64,000 nucleotides of DNA, from assembly GCA_020819635.1 (NCBI GenBank), contig GCA_020819635.1_4533.1; one strand, written 5' to 3'. The position numbers and the translations under genes were made by a program. Positions 1-10,047 of the stretch are shown here, in pieces; within the stretch, counting starts at the first letter, position 1, and every line of letters begins with the position of its first letter. Under the pieces are notes generated by a model. The model saw nothing but the letters and a program-made list of their open reading frames with translations, did no database searches and was not told the origin of the DNA. Source of the stretch: Escherichia coli (GTDB lineage: Bacteria; Pseudomonadota; Gammaproteobacteria; Enterobacterales; Enterobacteriaceae).

Positions 1-37
1 CAGATTAACAGAAGAGCAGAAAGCAGATATCCTTAGT

Positions 38-955
38 ATGAGTGCAGAGGGTATGTCTTCTCGCAATATTGCAGCAATTGTTTTAGGTAGTCCAACAAGA
101 AAAAGCACAGTGAACGATTTCCTTGCACGATTCGGAGCAAGTAAACAAGAGCCAGTTAAAAAGAAACAACCAGTTATTAAAATTATTGATGTTGAAACTG
201 CACCAGAGATTGCATATACTTTCCGTCGATTCAAAGCCTTCATTTCTCCAGATCAAGTAATTCGTAGGGGTTATTTGTTATCTTACTCTTCTGCCGACCT
301 GTATACTGGTGAAGTGGAAGGTAAGAACTTGTCTTCTTATCCTCTTTTTGATATTGATCATACAGATGATTGGGAGCTTTGCCAAGATCTTTGGAACCTT
401 CTGAATGAGGCAGATGTAGTTGTGGCACACAACGGATATAAGTTTGACCGTGCATACATTAACCAACGATTTGCATATCACGATATGGCTCCTCCTTCTA
501 ATTATGTAGTTGTTGATACATTGAAGGCAGCTAAGAAACAATTTGCACTTCCTTCCAACTCCCTTAAAGAAATGGGAGCATATTTCGAAACAGAAAGTGA
601 AAAACTGGATAACGAGGGGTTCCCTTTATGGAAAGCATGTTGTGAAGGTGATCGTGATGCTTTTGAACGTATGCAGATTTACAATGACGGTGATGTTGTT
701 TCACTCCGTGATTTGTATATGAAAATCCTTCCGTGGATTCCACAGCATCCTAACTTATCCGCTTATTACCCAGATGAGAAAGTCCGTTGTTCTCGTTGCG
801 GCAGTGATCATGTTCACGTTGTTACTGGTAAGCAATACCACACTGCGGTAAGTTCTTTCGATATCATTCGTTGTGAATCTTGTGGAGGTTTGTCACGTAG
901 TAGAGCAAACACCAGATCCAAAGATAAACGAGCAGCAACTATTATTGGAATCTAA
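38..955 (+). CDS. 3'-5' exonuclease, DEDD/DnaQ-like, with C-terminal Cys4 zinc ribbon
   Basis: Exo I-like IIDVETAP, Exo II-like VVAHNGYKFDRAYI, Exo III-like YNDGDVVSLRDLY; C-terminal CSRCGS...CESCGG. Confidence 0.5.
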   Translation: MSAEGMSSRNIAAIVLGSPTRKSTVNDFLARFGASKQEPVKKKQPVIKIIDVETAPEIAYTFRRFKAFISPDQVIRRGYLLSYSSADLYTGEVEGKNLSSYPLFDIDHTDDWELCQDLWNLLNEADVVVAHNGYKFDRAYINQRFAYHDMAPPSNYVVVDTLKAAKKQFALPSNSLKEMGAYFETESEKLDNEGFPLWKACCEGDRDAFERMQIYNDGDVVSLRDLYMKILPWIPQHPNLSAYYPDEKVRCSRCGSDHVHVVTGKQYHTAVSSFDIIRCESCGGLSRSRANTRSKDKRAATIIGI

Positions 956-960
956 TAATC

Positions 961-984
961 AGGGAGCTTATTGCTCCCTTTTTT
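961..984 (+). terminator. intrinsic terminator
   Basis: GGGAGC-ttatt-GCTCCC hairpin followed by TTTTTT. Confidence 0.6.
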
Positions 985-985
985 A

Positions 986-1014
986 TTGACAAAAATTTTA
1001 TATTAGTGTATACT
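986..1014 (+). promoter_or_regulatory. sigma70-like promoter
   Basis: TTGACA, 17-nt spacer, TATACT. Confidence 0.6.
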
Positions 1015-1041
1015 CTGCTAACCACAATAAAAGGAGGAAAT

Positions 1042-1269
1042 ATGAGCATTACATTAACAGGTAACGAAATTTTCGAACTGTTTGAAATGTTAGGTTTAAA
1101 CTATACCATCGAGAAAGACCCAGATTTACTTGACGTTAAAATAACAATTCAAGAAGATACAGCAATCTACAATGATGATGGTGATGTTATCTATCAAGGT
1201 AGGGTAGCTTATTACACAGATTACCCAGAAGAAGGCGCAGTAGGAATTCAGGAGGAAAATTATGTCTAA
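1042..1269 (+). CDS. hypothetical protein
   Basis: ORF starting MSITLTG with AAGGAGG RBS; the ORF-table start at 1006 lies upstream of the predicted transcription start. Confidence 0.45.
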   Translation: MSITLTGNEIFELFEMLGLNYTIEKDPDLLDVKITIQEDTAIYNDDGDVIYQGRVAYYTDYPEEGAVGIQEENYV

Positions 1270-1663
1270 TGCTTTTGATAATCAGGTTGACGGTGATCAC
1301 TACACAAAAATGGCAATGCAACCTATTGAACTAGCTTATTTGGTTGGTGGCACACCTTGTTTTTGCAAATTGGCAAAATACGCAACACGTATTAAAGGTG
1401 AACGTCAGATTAACCTAGATAAAGCTATTCATTGTATCGAACTAGAAAGAACCCTTATGCAAAATAACACGTATATGGTTCGTGAAAATTATCCATCTAT
1501 GACAAATGCAGCTAAACATGATCAAGCTATGCTTCTTATTGATTTCTTCACAAAAGATCCTTTAATCCGAGTGGCACTGAAACACATGTATAACTCTTCT
1601 TATGTAGATGCAATCGAAGCTATTAAACAACTTAAGGAACGTATTAGTGGCGAGCAATACTAA
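1262..1663 (+). CDS. hypothetical protein
   Basis: 133-aa ORF, overlaps the upstream gene stop. Confidence 0.5.
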   Translation: MSNAFDNQVDGDHYTKMAMQPIELAYLVGGTPCFCKLAKYATRIKGERQINLDKAIHCIELERTLMQNNTYMVRENYPSMTNAAKHDQAMLLIDFFTKDPLIRVALKHMYNSSYVDAIEAIKQLKERISGEQY

Positions 1664-1753
1664 ACAATATGGAGCAGGAGAAGTTTATAAAATATTCAAC
1701 CGAAAAGGTGATAAACTTTTACTAACTTTGACTATTCCAGAAACAATGTGCAA

Positions 1754-1781
1754 GGCGGGGTTAGACCGCCTTTTGTTTTTT
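1754..1781 (+). terminator. intrinsic terminator
   Basis: GGCGG-ggttaga-CCGCC hairpin followed by TTTTGTTTTTT. Confidence 0.55.
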
Positions 1782-1851
1782 AAACACAATATCCCACCAG
1801 GGGAATATACAGCTAAAAAGGTGAGCAATATTGGCAGGTGAACCAAAAATA

Positions 1852-2406
1852 ATGTGGGGTGAAGGAACACCCTGGAAAACACAAGCGGAATTTTATACTT
1901 ATCTTAGGGGATGTTTTAGAAAAGCATGGATGAGACACCCTAATAAAATTAAGGTTATCAATGCAAGGCGTTTTAAAGTTGATCGCGTAGATAAAGACGG
2001 CAATGTAATACTAGATAAGAAAACTGGAAAACCAAAACAAGTTTGGAATTGTGAGTGCGAAATATGTGGACATAGAGGAGGAATGAAAGACTTCCAAGTG
2101 GATCATATTCACGCAGCAAAACAACTTCAATGTTTTGATGATATTCCTCTTTTTGTTTTCCGTTTGATCTATGTGAAAGAAGAAGATTTGCGAATGGTTT
2201 GTAAATTGTGCAACTCTATTCTTGCTTATGCAGACAAGCAAGGCATATCTTTTGAAGAAGCAAAAGCTGAAAAAGAAGCGATAGCTTTGTGTAGAGCTAA
2301 GAAAGATAAAGCATGGCTGAAGAAGCGTAAAATAGAACCTGAAAGCACAGTAGCAAAACGCCGTAAACAAATAGTCAAAATCCTATTGCAGGAAATTGAA
2401 AGTTAG
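1852..2406 (+). CDS. HNH endonuclease, endonuclease VII-like zinc-binding type
   Basis: CECEICGH ... VDHIH ... CKLCNS motif arrangement; start uncertain (ORF opens at TTG 1831, first ATG at 1852). Confidence 0.5.
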   Translation: MWGEGTPWKTQAEFYTYLRGCFRKAWMRHPNKIKVINARRFKVDRVDKDGNVILDKKTGKPKQVWNCECEICGHRGGMKDFQVDHIHAAKQLQCFDDIPLFVFRLIYVKEEDLRMVCKLCNSILAYADKQGISFEEAKAEKEAIALCRAKKDKAWLKKRKIEPESTVAKRRKQIVKILLQEIES

Positions 2407-2442
2407 TATAAGATAACTATACTAAAAGAGAGAGGAGGTTTT

Positions 2443-3051
2443 ATGCAGATAGTATGTGATTGGGATTTAGTTGTGGCTCCGTTAGATGTTGCTTGGTTAG
2501 AATGGTTGAATAAGATTAGTGGCCTTGGTGTTAAAATCGACACATTCACAAAAAATGCAGATTATGATCTTACCAACTATTTTCCTGGTTTCAGGGAAGA
2601 GTTCAACATAGATCCTTACGGATTTCTGGATAATCCTCATCTCTACGATACAATGGGTTTTGTTCCAGGTATGCCAGATTTCTTAAAGTATGTTTCAAGG
2701 AAAGGTAGCAATCTTTTGATCGCGAGTGTGACAAAAGGTGGTCACTTAAGTTCTAAACATAAGCATGTTTTAAGAACATTAGATACGATTGATTTTAGCA
2801 AAGGATCTGGCAACGGCTTTTTTGCTACGAAAGAAAAATACTTATTGCCTTGTGATATAGCAATAGATGACAGGGCTGATAACCTACTATATTTTCCAGA
2901 TGAAGTGGTTAAAATATATTTTAATACGCCTTATAAAGATAACCATCTAGAAGAACTAAAGAAAAAACCAAATGTTGTGATCACAGGTTTAGAAGATCAG
3001 TGGCTAACATGTTTGGATGTTTTTAACACTTTGAACAATTTTAAAAACTAA
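2443..3051 (+). CDS. putative 5'(3')-deoxyribonucleotidase-like HAD hydrolase
   Basis: N-terminal CDWDLVVAP (DxD-like) and C-terminal IAIDDRADN resemble NT5C/HAD motifs; weak. Confidence 0.35.
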   Translation: MQIVCDWDLVVAPLDVAWLEWLNKISGLGVKIDTFTKNADYDLTNYFPGFREEFNIDPYGFLDNPHLYDTMGFVPGMPDFLKYVSRKGSNLLIASVTKGGHLSSKHKHVLRTLDTIDFSKGSGNGFFATKEKYLLPCDIAIDDRADNLLYFPDEVVKIYFNTPYKDNHLEELKKKPNVVITGLEDQWLTCLDVFNTLNNFKN

Positions 3052-3060
3052 GGAGAAAAA

Positions 3061-4059
3061 ATGACAAAACAGATTTCGGCTAGTATTATTGCGCATTCCA
3101 TCACTGAAGACGGAAAAGAGATTGTAACTTTTGAACTAGAATATCCACGTATTATTCATTCAGAATTGATGACTCACCGCCTGTTCAGTCGTAATGCTGC
3201 TTCTAGCCGTGCTATACCTGTTAAAACACTGATTGAAATGGTGCGAAATCAACCTGCTCGTCCTTATCGTTTTGGGGCTAACCAACCTGGTATGCAGGAT
3301 AAAGGTGTTGATCATGACGCTCTTATTGATGCAGGTTATACTGCTCAAGAGTGGTGGGATCTTGCCGCGCTTAGTGCAGCACGTTTTGCAGAAGAATTTT
3401 CTTTGGCAGGGTACCACAAACAAGTTGCAAACCGTCTTCTGGAACCTTTCCAACGAATTAAAACAGTTCTGACAGCAACAGAATATGAAAATTTCTGGTG
3501 GCTACGTGATGACAAAGAAGCCGATCCTACTATCGAAGCTTTGGCTAAAGAGATGCACAAAGAGTATGAAGGATCTACACCAGAAGTGCTGAAACCAGGG
3601 CAATGGCACACACCTTATGTAGACCATTTCTATGATACTATTGGCACAGAAGGTGACGATCATTTTGTTTTTGGTGGATACTACGTTCAAAATGAATCTG
3701 GAGAAGTCGTTGTGCTTACTTTGGAAGAAGCCAAAGCTATTTCAGCTTCGTGTTGTGCACAGGTTAGCTATCGTCGTTTAAATGCAACTAAAGATAAAGC
3801 TTTAGATATCTATGGTCGCTTGCTGACTGGGCGCAAGGTTCATGCTTCTCCGTTTGAACATCAAGCCACTCCAATGCAAGAAACATGCGAACAATATGGA
3901 GAGAACTGTTTTGAAGATTTGTTTATCAATGCTCCTTGGGATTTTAACTCTTGGGAACCAGGTATTACCCATGTAGATCGTAATGGTAAGTTTTGGTCTG
4001 GCAATTTCAAAGGCTGGATTCAACATCGTCAACTTTTAACAAATCATACTAAATGGTGA
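3061..4059 (+). CDS. flavin-dependent thymidylate synthase (ThyX)-like protein, divergent
   Basis: THRLFSRNAASSRA matches the ThyX signature RHR-x7-S...R, but the first Arg is Thr. Confidence 0.5.
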   Translation: MTKQISASIIAHSITEDGKEIVTFELEYPRIIHSELMTHRLFSRNAASSRAIPVKTLIEMVRNQPARPYRFGANQPGMQDKGVDHDALIDAGYTAQEWWDLAALSAARFAEEFSLAGYHKQVANRLLEPFQRIKTVLTATEYENFWWLRDDKEADPTIEALAKEMHKEYEGSTPEVLKPGQWHTPYVDHFYDTIGTEGDDHFVFGGYYVQNESGEVVVLTLEEAKAISASCCAQVSYRRLNATKDKALDIYGRLLTGRKVHASPFEHQATPMQETCEQYGENCFEDLFINAPWDFNSWEPGITHVDRNGKFWSGNFKGWIQHRQLLTNHTKW

Positions 4060-4075
4060 TCTGTTTAAATAGTTA

Positions 4076-4103
4076 TTGACTTTAGTATTAGTTTTAGTAT
4101 AAT
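4076..4103 (+). promoter_or_regulatory. sigma70-like promoter
   Basis: TTGACT, 16-nt spacer, TATAAT. Confidence 0.55.
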
Positions 4104-4157
4104 ATAGCACAATACTGGGAGGAGGTGAGTCCTCCCATTCAAAATGAAGGAGAAAAT

Positions 4158-4568
4158 ATGTCATTAGTAAATACTACAACTTGGGCTACCGTAAGCATGT
4201 CTACTGTAATGTCTACCCCTATCTGGAAACTAGAATCAAATAAACACAATGGCAATATCCCACACGAGAAACAAAATGCTGTTATTAGAGCGTCGCTTGT
4301 AATGCTGGGTATGGCTGAAGATTCACACTATTCTGTTGAGCGTAATGTGAATATCCGAAGCAATAACGATAAGCGAGTAGTGTTTGCAAATACAACGCTT
4401 TTCACTTTCCCTGTTTCACCTAATTGTGGTTTTAAACGAATCTATCAAGAAAATGATATTTTTCATTTTGGTGATGAAGAATTTACAGGTTGGGGTGCGT
4501 CACATATTAAGATGGATGATTTCGGTAACTCTTATGATCCTGCGAAAGCAGATGATACTAATCAATGA
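4158..4568 (+). CDS. hypothetical protein
   Basis: ORF from MSLVNTT with AAGGAG RBS. Confidence 0.45.
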   Translation: MSLVNTTTWATVSMSTVMSTPIWKLESNKHNGNIPHEKQNAVIRASLVMLGMAEDSHYSVERNVNIRSNNDKRVVFANTTLFTFPVSPNCGFKRIYQENDIFHFGDEEFTGWGASHIKMDDFGNSYDPAKADDTNQ

Positions 4569-4819
4569 GAGGGACAATGACTGATAATAAATATGAAGGC
4601 TGTGAAATCGAAGTCTATTTTGATGAAACTGTTGGTTGTAATGTAACTGTAATTCTAGACACTTCAAAACGTTTATCTCCTAAAAGACAAGAAGCAGACC
4701 GTCGAGCAAAAGCAAAAGGGTTTGATGACATAACTCATTTTGAAGGTTTTCTATATGCTAATGGACTTTTTAATGAAATGAAGTTCGGTTATGATGTAGA
4801 TGTTTTGAATATGCATTAA
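4565..4819 (+). CDS. hypothetical protein
   Basis: 84-aa ORF, ATGA overlap with upstream stop. Confidence 0.45.
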   Translation: MRGTMTDNKYEGCEIEVYFDETVGCNVTVILDTSKRLSPKRQEADRRAKAKGFDDITHFEGFLYANGLFNEMKFGYDVDVLNMH

Positions 4820-4835
4820 TAATAGGGAGGAGAAG

Positions 4836-7076
4836 TTGATTCGTTTTGTAACTAAATCTAATGGTAAGACAGAGGAGTTTAATCCAGAAAAACTTCGTAA
4901 GTGGTCTGAATTTGCAGCAGGTAAACTAAACTGGTCTGAAATTGAATTAGAAGCTGTGAAGCGGTGTTATGACGGTGTGTCTACACGTGATCTGCATAAA
5001 GCAATGATTGCAGCGTGTATTGACAAGAAAACACAAGCTTACAGTGATATGGCAGGAAGACTTCTTCTGGGTATGATTTACAAACAGGCTCATGGGGGAT
5101 ACCACAGTATCCCTTCACTGAATACCTTTTATCATGATATGGTAGAACGTGGACATTGGGCTAAAATGGATTATACCGATGAAGAGATCAAAGAAATCGG
5201 TAAGATTGTAAAGCATAATAAAAATCTAACTTATGGTTATTCTGTTTTACGTCAGATGGTAGATAAATATCTTATTCGAGATGCAGTAAACGATGTGGTG
5301 CATGAGTCTCCACAGTTTCTTTTCATTGGTATCGCAATGAAGGTTATGGAGATCCAACCAAAAGAACGCCGTATAGAAGATATTAAAAAACTTTATACTT
5401 ATGTTAGCGATCTTAAGATTAATCTGCCATCGCCGTATCTGACAACTCTACGAACTCCAATCAAAGGAAGTGCGTCTTGTTGTTTATTCCGTGCAGACGA
5501 TACGGCAGAGTCTTTAGCCATTGCTAATTACTTAGCTCATGAGTATACGTTGAATAACGCAGGTATTGGTGTTAATCTTCAAACTCGTGCCACAGGTCAA
5601 GGTGTTAAGAATAATCGTATTATTCATGGTGGTCTTCTTCCGTATCTGAAATGGATGGAAGATAGTGTTGGAGCTTCAAAGCAAGCAAGTCGTGGAGGTA
5701 GTGCTACAGTTACCTTTACCATACTTGAACCAGACTTCGACGATCTGATTCGACTGAAGAATCCAACAACACCTATAGATAAACGAGTAGACAAACTGGA
5801 TTATTCTATTGTTGTTAACCGTTCGTTCTTGCGTCGAGCAGCTAAAAACGAAGACTGGATGTTAGTTAGTTGTGATGATGCTCCTGAACTTTATGAAGCT
5901 TTGTATAAAAGTGAAGAAGAGTTTGATGCAGTTTATGACAAAGTAAGCCGACGTCGCATTAAGAAAAAATTCGTCAAGGCTCGTGATCTTCTTACAGAGA
6001 TTATTGTTCAACGTGCAGAAACAGGACGTATTTACATGTTCTTTGCTGACAACGTTAACAACCATACACCTTTCTTGGATACGGTGTATCAATCAAACCT
6101 GTGTCAAGAGATCTTCTTACCAACTAAAGCTTTCCACAGTATGCCGGATCTCTTTACTGGTGAAAATACAGAAGATCAAGAATTGGCTTTATGTTTCTTA
6201 TCTTCTATTGTTGCTGGTCGTGTATTACCTGAAGAATATGAGGATGTTGCATACTACACTGTATTGACAATTGACAACGTTATTGAAACAATGGATTATC
6301 CATTTAAACATAACGAAATAACTGCTAAAGCACGTAGATCTATTGGTGTAGGCATTACAAACTTAGCACATTACTTGGCAAGTAATTTTGTAAATTATTC
6401 AGATGATTATGCTAAAAAATTAATGCATGAACTTGCAGAACGTCATTACTTTTGGTTGGCAAAAGCCTCTTTGCGTCTGGCTAAGGAAAAAGGTAATGCA
6501 GAATGGATCGATAAGACCAAATGGCCTCAAGGTTGGCTACCAATTGACACCTATGCTAAAGCAGTAGATAGTGTCGGTAACTTTGATCTTAAAATGGACT
6601 GGGAAGGTTTACGTGCTGAAATCATTGAACAAGGTGGTATCCGTAATAGTGTCTTGGCTGCTATTGCACCTAATGAGTCCAGCAGTTTGGTAAGCAATAC
6701 TACTAACTCTCTGTACCCTGTTCGTGATACTATTATGTATAAACAAAGTCAGAAAGGTAGTGTATTATTTATTGTTCCAGACTACGAAAAACTGAAAATG
6801 TTCTACCAATCCGCCTGGGATACTCCGGCTAAAGATCTTGCAGAAATGTATGGTATCTTTACCAAGTTTACGGACCAAGGAATTTCTTGTGATTCTTGGC
6901 TAGATTATTCTAAATTGGTAGGTGGACGTTTATCAGTGAAAGCCGAGATGCAGTTTATTCTGAATTTTGCTAGATTGGGTGGCAAGTCATTGTATTACCT
7001 TAATAGTAGAACAAAATCAGCAGATTCTTTAGCACAAGAAGATTCTGATGGTGGTTGTGAAGCTTGCAAGATGTGA
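4836..7076 (+). CDS. nrdA: ribonucleotide reductase class I large subunit
   Basis: N-terminal ATP-cone-like region, active-site SNLCQEIFLP, C-terminal CEACKM cysteine pair; TTG start with GGGAGGAG RBS. Confidence 0.9.
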   Translation: MIRFVTKSNGKTEEFNPEKLRKWSEFAAGKLNWSEIELEAVKRCYDGVSTRDLHKAMIAACIDKKTQAYSDMAGRLLLGMIYKQAHGGYHSIPSLNTFYHDMVERGHWAKMDYTDEEIKEIGKIVKHNKNLTYGYSVLRQMVDKYLIRDAVNDVVHESPQFLFIGIAMKVMEIQPKERRIEDIKKLYTYVSDLKINLPSPYLTTLRTPIKGSASCCLFRADDTAESLAIANYLAHEYTLNNAGIGVNLQTRATGQGVKNNRIIHGGLLPYLKWMEDSVGASKQASRGGSATVTFTILEPDFDDLIRLKNPTTPIDKRVDKLDYSIVVNRSFLRRAAKNEDWMLVSCDDAPELYEALYKSEEEFDAVYDKVSRRRIKKKFVKARDLLTEIIVQRAETGRIYMFFADNVNNHTPFLDTVYQSNLCQEIFLPTKAFHSMPDLFTGENTEDQELALCFLSSIVAGRVLPEEYEDVAYYTVLTIDNVIETMDYPFKHNEITAKARRSIGVGITNLAHYLASNFVNYSDDYAKKLMHELAERHYFWLAKASLRLAKEKGNAEWIDKTKWPQGWLPIDTYAKAVDSVGNFDLKMDWEGLRAEIIEQGGIRNSVLAAIAPNESSSLVSNTTNSLYPVRDTIMYKQSQKGSVLFIVPDYEKLKMFYQSAWDTPAKDLAEMYGIFTKFTDQGISCDSWLDYSKLVGGRLSVKAEMQFILNFARLGGKSLYYLNSRTKSADSLAQEDSDGGCEACKM

Positions 7077-7084
7077 TGAAACTA

Positions 7085-7104
7085 GGGGCTTCGGCCCCTT
7101 TTTA
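7085..7104 (+). terminator. intrinsic terminator with UUCG tetraloop
   Basis: GGGGC-TTCG-GCCCC followed by TTTTT. Confidence 0.6.
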
Positions 7105-7120
7105 TTGAGGAGAATTTTAA

Positions 7121-8209
7121 ATGGCAGCAATTAATTTACACAATGAAGTTTACAAAACAGGAAAATATCCAGTATTTTTAGGGGAACAATTAGGGATTTT
7201 TGATTCTGTTAACGTAACTTATCCAGAGATGCACAAACTCTACAAACTTCAAAAAGCACAAGATTGGGATGAGAATGAAGTCAATCTGGATCAGACACGT
7301 AAAGATTTCGTAGCTTGTTCTAAAAACAATTATGATGTTATGATTAAAAACTTATCGTTCCAATGGGAAAATGATTCTCTTGCAAAATCAATCATCACTT
7401 TGTTCTCTCCATTCTTGAGTAACAATGAAGCCTGTGCTATGATGATGAAGCAGAGTGAAATGGAAGTTCTCCATGCGTTAACGTATTCTGAAATAATCCG
7501 TCAATGTACTCCAGATCCAATCGAAGTCATCAATCAGATTATGATTAATGATAAAATTTTCAATCGTATGGGTATCATTGCTGATATCATGGGTCAGTTG
7601 GAAGAAGCTGGTCATAAGTATGCTCTAGGATTGATTGAAGCTAACGATGAACTTCGACTGCTGATTCTTAAAGGGATGGTAGCCCTGATTGGATTAGAAG
7701 GTATTCAGTTTATATCTTCCTTCTCTGCTACTTTTGCTATGGCAGAACAACAACTGTTTGTTGGGGCTTGTAAACTGATCCAGAAAATTATGCTAGATGA
7801 AATCTTGCATGTTAAGATGGATTATGCTGTAATTGATGCATTGATGCATGACCCAATTTGGCGTAAAATTTACGAAGACAATATTGAAGAGTTGACTTTG
7901 ATCCTCGACACTGTTGTTGAACAAGAGGAACAGTGGTGTGACTACCTGTTTAGTGAAGGTCGTTTTATTGTAGGTCTTAACGCCGAATTGTCTAAACAGT
8001 GGGTTTATTTCAATGCTGCTCCTATTTATCGTCGATTGAAAATGAAAGCCAAGTTTAAAGCACCTAAACATAGCCCTTTAGCTTGGATGGAAAAATGGTT
8101 GAATCCTGATTTGATTCAGTCAGCAGCCCAAGAGATTCAGTTAACTAACTACAAATTGAATTCAGCTAACAAAGATCTCTCTGATGATGAGGAGCTTGAC
8201 TTCGAATGA
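7121..8209 (+). CDS. nrdB: ribonucleotide reductase class I small subunit
   Basis: Iron-ligand ExxH motif (SEMEVLHALTYSE); acidic C-terminal tail DDEELDFE typical of R2. Confidence 0.85.
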   Translation: MAAINLHNEVYKTGKYPVFLGEQLGIFDSVNVTYPEMHKLYKLQKAQDWDENEVNLDQTRKDFVACSKNNYDVMIKNLSFQWENDSLAKSIITLFSPFLSNNEACAMMMKQSEMEVLHALTYSEIIRQCTPDPIEVINQIMINDKIFNRMGIIADIMGQLEEAGHKYALGLIEANDELRLLILKGMVALIGLEGIQFISSFSATFAMAEQQLFVGACKLIQKIMLDEILHVKMDYAVIDALMHDPIWRKIYEDNIEELTLILDTVVEQEEQWCDYLFSEGRFIVGLNAELSKQWVYFNAAPIYRRLKMKAKFKAPKHSPLAWMEKWLNPDLIQSAAQEIQLTNYKLNSANKDLSDDEELDFE

Positions 8210-8415
8210 TTTTGAAATGTGTTGGTATAATCGACACATTCAAAGACGTTTTTGATAAAGGGGCTTCTTATGAAGCCTCTGAAATGAAGAATGGTTTTTG
8301 TGATGTATTCGGTAAACGCCTGAAGAAAAACGGCGATCCTTGGCTAGGAGTTATGTCTTGTGGTCATATTATTGTAAATGGTGTTGCCAAATTTGAAATA
8401 ATTAAGGAGGAATAG
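8206..8415 (+). CDS. hypothetical small protein
   Basis: 69-aa ORF overlapping nrdB stop. Confidence 0.4.
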   Translation: MILKCVGIIDTFKDVFDKGASYEASEMKNGFCDVFGKRLKKNGDPWLGVMSCGHIIVNGVAKFEIIKEE

Positions 8416-8567
8416 TGGCTGAAAAACTTATTTTTTGTCCTGTGTGCGGTGGGACGGGACAGATGGAAGTGGAAATTATGGTAACATTTCCTTGCCTGAA
8501 TTGTCATGGTGAGGGACGAGTAGTAGTCTTTGAAAAAGAAGGGTTGGAGGTAGAAGATGGAGAGTGA
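8415..8567 (+). CDS. small zinc-ribbon peptide (50 aa)
   Basis: GTG start after AAGGAGG; CPVCGG...CLNCHG. Confidence 0.3.
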   Translation: MAEKLIFCPVCGGTGQMEVEIMVTFPCLNCHGEGRVVVFEKEGLEVEDGE

Positions 8568-8710
8568 AAAAGAGTATGTTCGCATTCCACGAGAATTAAC
8601 AGATCACATTGCAGAAGCAATAGCTTTCGAAGCTAGATGTTGTGGAGGCATTGCTTACGATATTTATGAAGCAATTATTAAAGCTGCGCAAGAAGAGGAG
8701 GAGATGAAAA

Positions 8711-9037
8711 ATGGGTATTGATATCGAATGGCGTATGTTACAGGGTGCACCTTTTAATAAGTGGGAAGAGGCTGTAGGAGAAGATCCTAGAATTGAAGAA
8801 GAATTTGACGGAGATTTTAACTGGTTCTTACAAGAAGGTCTTGACTTAAGCCGCATCTCTCCTTTCTACGATGCGGATGAGTCTTATTGCATATATGGCC
8901 TTGATTTAGAAGGCGGAGAAGGAAGCATAGCTGTAGATCTTGAGCAATTGAATGAGAATGCAAAAGAAGCCTATGCAAAGCTACTTGAAAAATATAACAT
9001 TAAAACGGAAACTATTATTTCTCAACATGTCTGGTAA
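8711..9037 (+). CDS. hypothetical protein
   Basis: 108-aa ORF. Confidence 0.45.
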   Translation: MGIDIEWRMLQGAPFNKWEEAVGEDPRIEEEFDGDFNWFLQEGLDLSRISPFYDADESYCIYGLDLEGGEGSIAVDLEQLNENAKEAYAKLLEKYNIKTETIISQHVW

Positions 9038-9046
9038 GGAGAACTG

Positions 9047-10039
9047 ATGCGCTATCTGGTAACAGGTGGTCTTGGTTTTATTGGGAGTGCCGTGGTGCGC
9101 TCTCTTTGTCAAGATCCCAATAACGAAGTTTTTGTCGTTGATAAGATGGGCTATGCAGCAGATATTGAGAATGTAGGCGATATCACTCACGTTAAACTAA
9201 GCATAACAGATTTGGCAAACGAAACCCAGGTCAAAAGTTTAGTAGTAGAGTGCAATCCCGATTTCATCATTCACTTAGCGGCAGAGAGTCATGTGGATAA
9301 TTCTATCAAGAATCCACGAGTTTTCATCGACTCCAATATTATTGGTACATACAATTTATTGGAAGCTGCAAGGCTCCTCCCAAAAAATAAACTTAAGATG
9401 TTCGTACATGTCTCCACAGACGAAGTGTACGGCGATATGGCAGACTCTGGCGTTCCCTTTACCGAAGAGACAGCTTATGCCCCTTCAAGCCCGTACAGTG
9501 CGTCTAAGGCAGCATCTGACCATCTTGTGAAAGCTTGGTACCGTACCTACGGTTTACCTGTTGTGATAACCAACTGCTCCAATAACTTTGGACCTTATCA
9601 ACATCCAGAAAAGCTGATCCCAAAAATCATCACAAGTATCTTGACGAATAAAGAGATTCCGGTGTATGGTAAAGGCGATCAGGTGCGAGACTGGCTTTTT
9701 GTTGAGGATCATGCGCGAGCTATTCTTCAAGTGGCAACAGGTGGAGAACCAGGTCAAACGTATAATGTTGGAACACGTAATCCCAAAACCAATATGGAGA
9801 TCATCTATATGGTTTGTGACTACATGGATGCTGTACATCCAGAAGCAGGAACCTACCCTTCTTCCAACTTGATAACTTTTGTTGAAGATCGTAAAGGACA
9901 TGACTTGCGTTATGAAATCAATCCTTCTAAAATAGAGTCTGAACTGGGTTGGAGTGCAAACTCTACATTTGAACAAGATCTCTACTCAACGATTGAATGG
10001 TACTTAAACAACCCTCAATGGTGGAGTAAGAAGATTTAA
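9047..10039 (+). CDS. rmlB: dTDP-glucose 4,6-dehydratase
   Basis: N-terminal Rossmann motif [10 protein letters not shown]; family-typical [24 protein letters not shown]. Confidence 0.9.
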   Translation: MRYLVTGGLGFIGSAVVRSLCQDPNNEVFVVDKMGYAADIENVGDITHVKLSITDLANETQVKSLVVECNPDFIIHLAAESHVDNSIKNPRVFIDSNIIGTYNLLEAARLLPKNKLKMFVHVSTDEVYGDMADSGVPFTEETAYAPSSPYSASKAASDHLVKAWYRTYGLPVVITNCSNNFGPYQHPEKLIPKIITSILTNKEIPVYGKGDQVRDWLFVEDHARAILQVATGGEPGQTYNVGTRNPKTNMEIIYMVCDYMDAVHPEAGTYPSSNLITFVEDRKGHDLRYEINPSKIESELGWSANSTFEQDLYSTIEWYLNNPQWWSKKI

Positions 10040-10047
10040 GGAGGGTT

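Noticed and set aside
1608-1841. ORF-table entry of 77 aa on the plus strand
   Set aside because: It overlaps the preceding gene out of frame and contains a strong intrinsic terminator (GGCGG-ggttaga-CCGCC plus T-run at 1754-1781) in its middle; likely spurious.
5862-6267. Antisense and alternative-frame ORFs inside nrdA (5862-6092 minus, 5983-6267 plus); similar calls inside other large genes (240-541, 2011-2370, 3160-3690, 7793-8071, 9554-9976, 57549-57797, 58128-58743)
   Set aside because: They are embedded in well-supported genes with recognisable motifs, have no ribosome-binding sites and are low-complexity; treated as shadow ORFs.
4836-8209. Group I intron or intein interrupting nrdA or nrdB
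   Set aside because: Both reading frames are continuous with all expected motifs in order and no intervening non-coding stretch or HNH/LAGLIDADG insertion.
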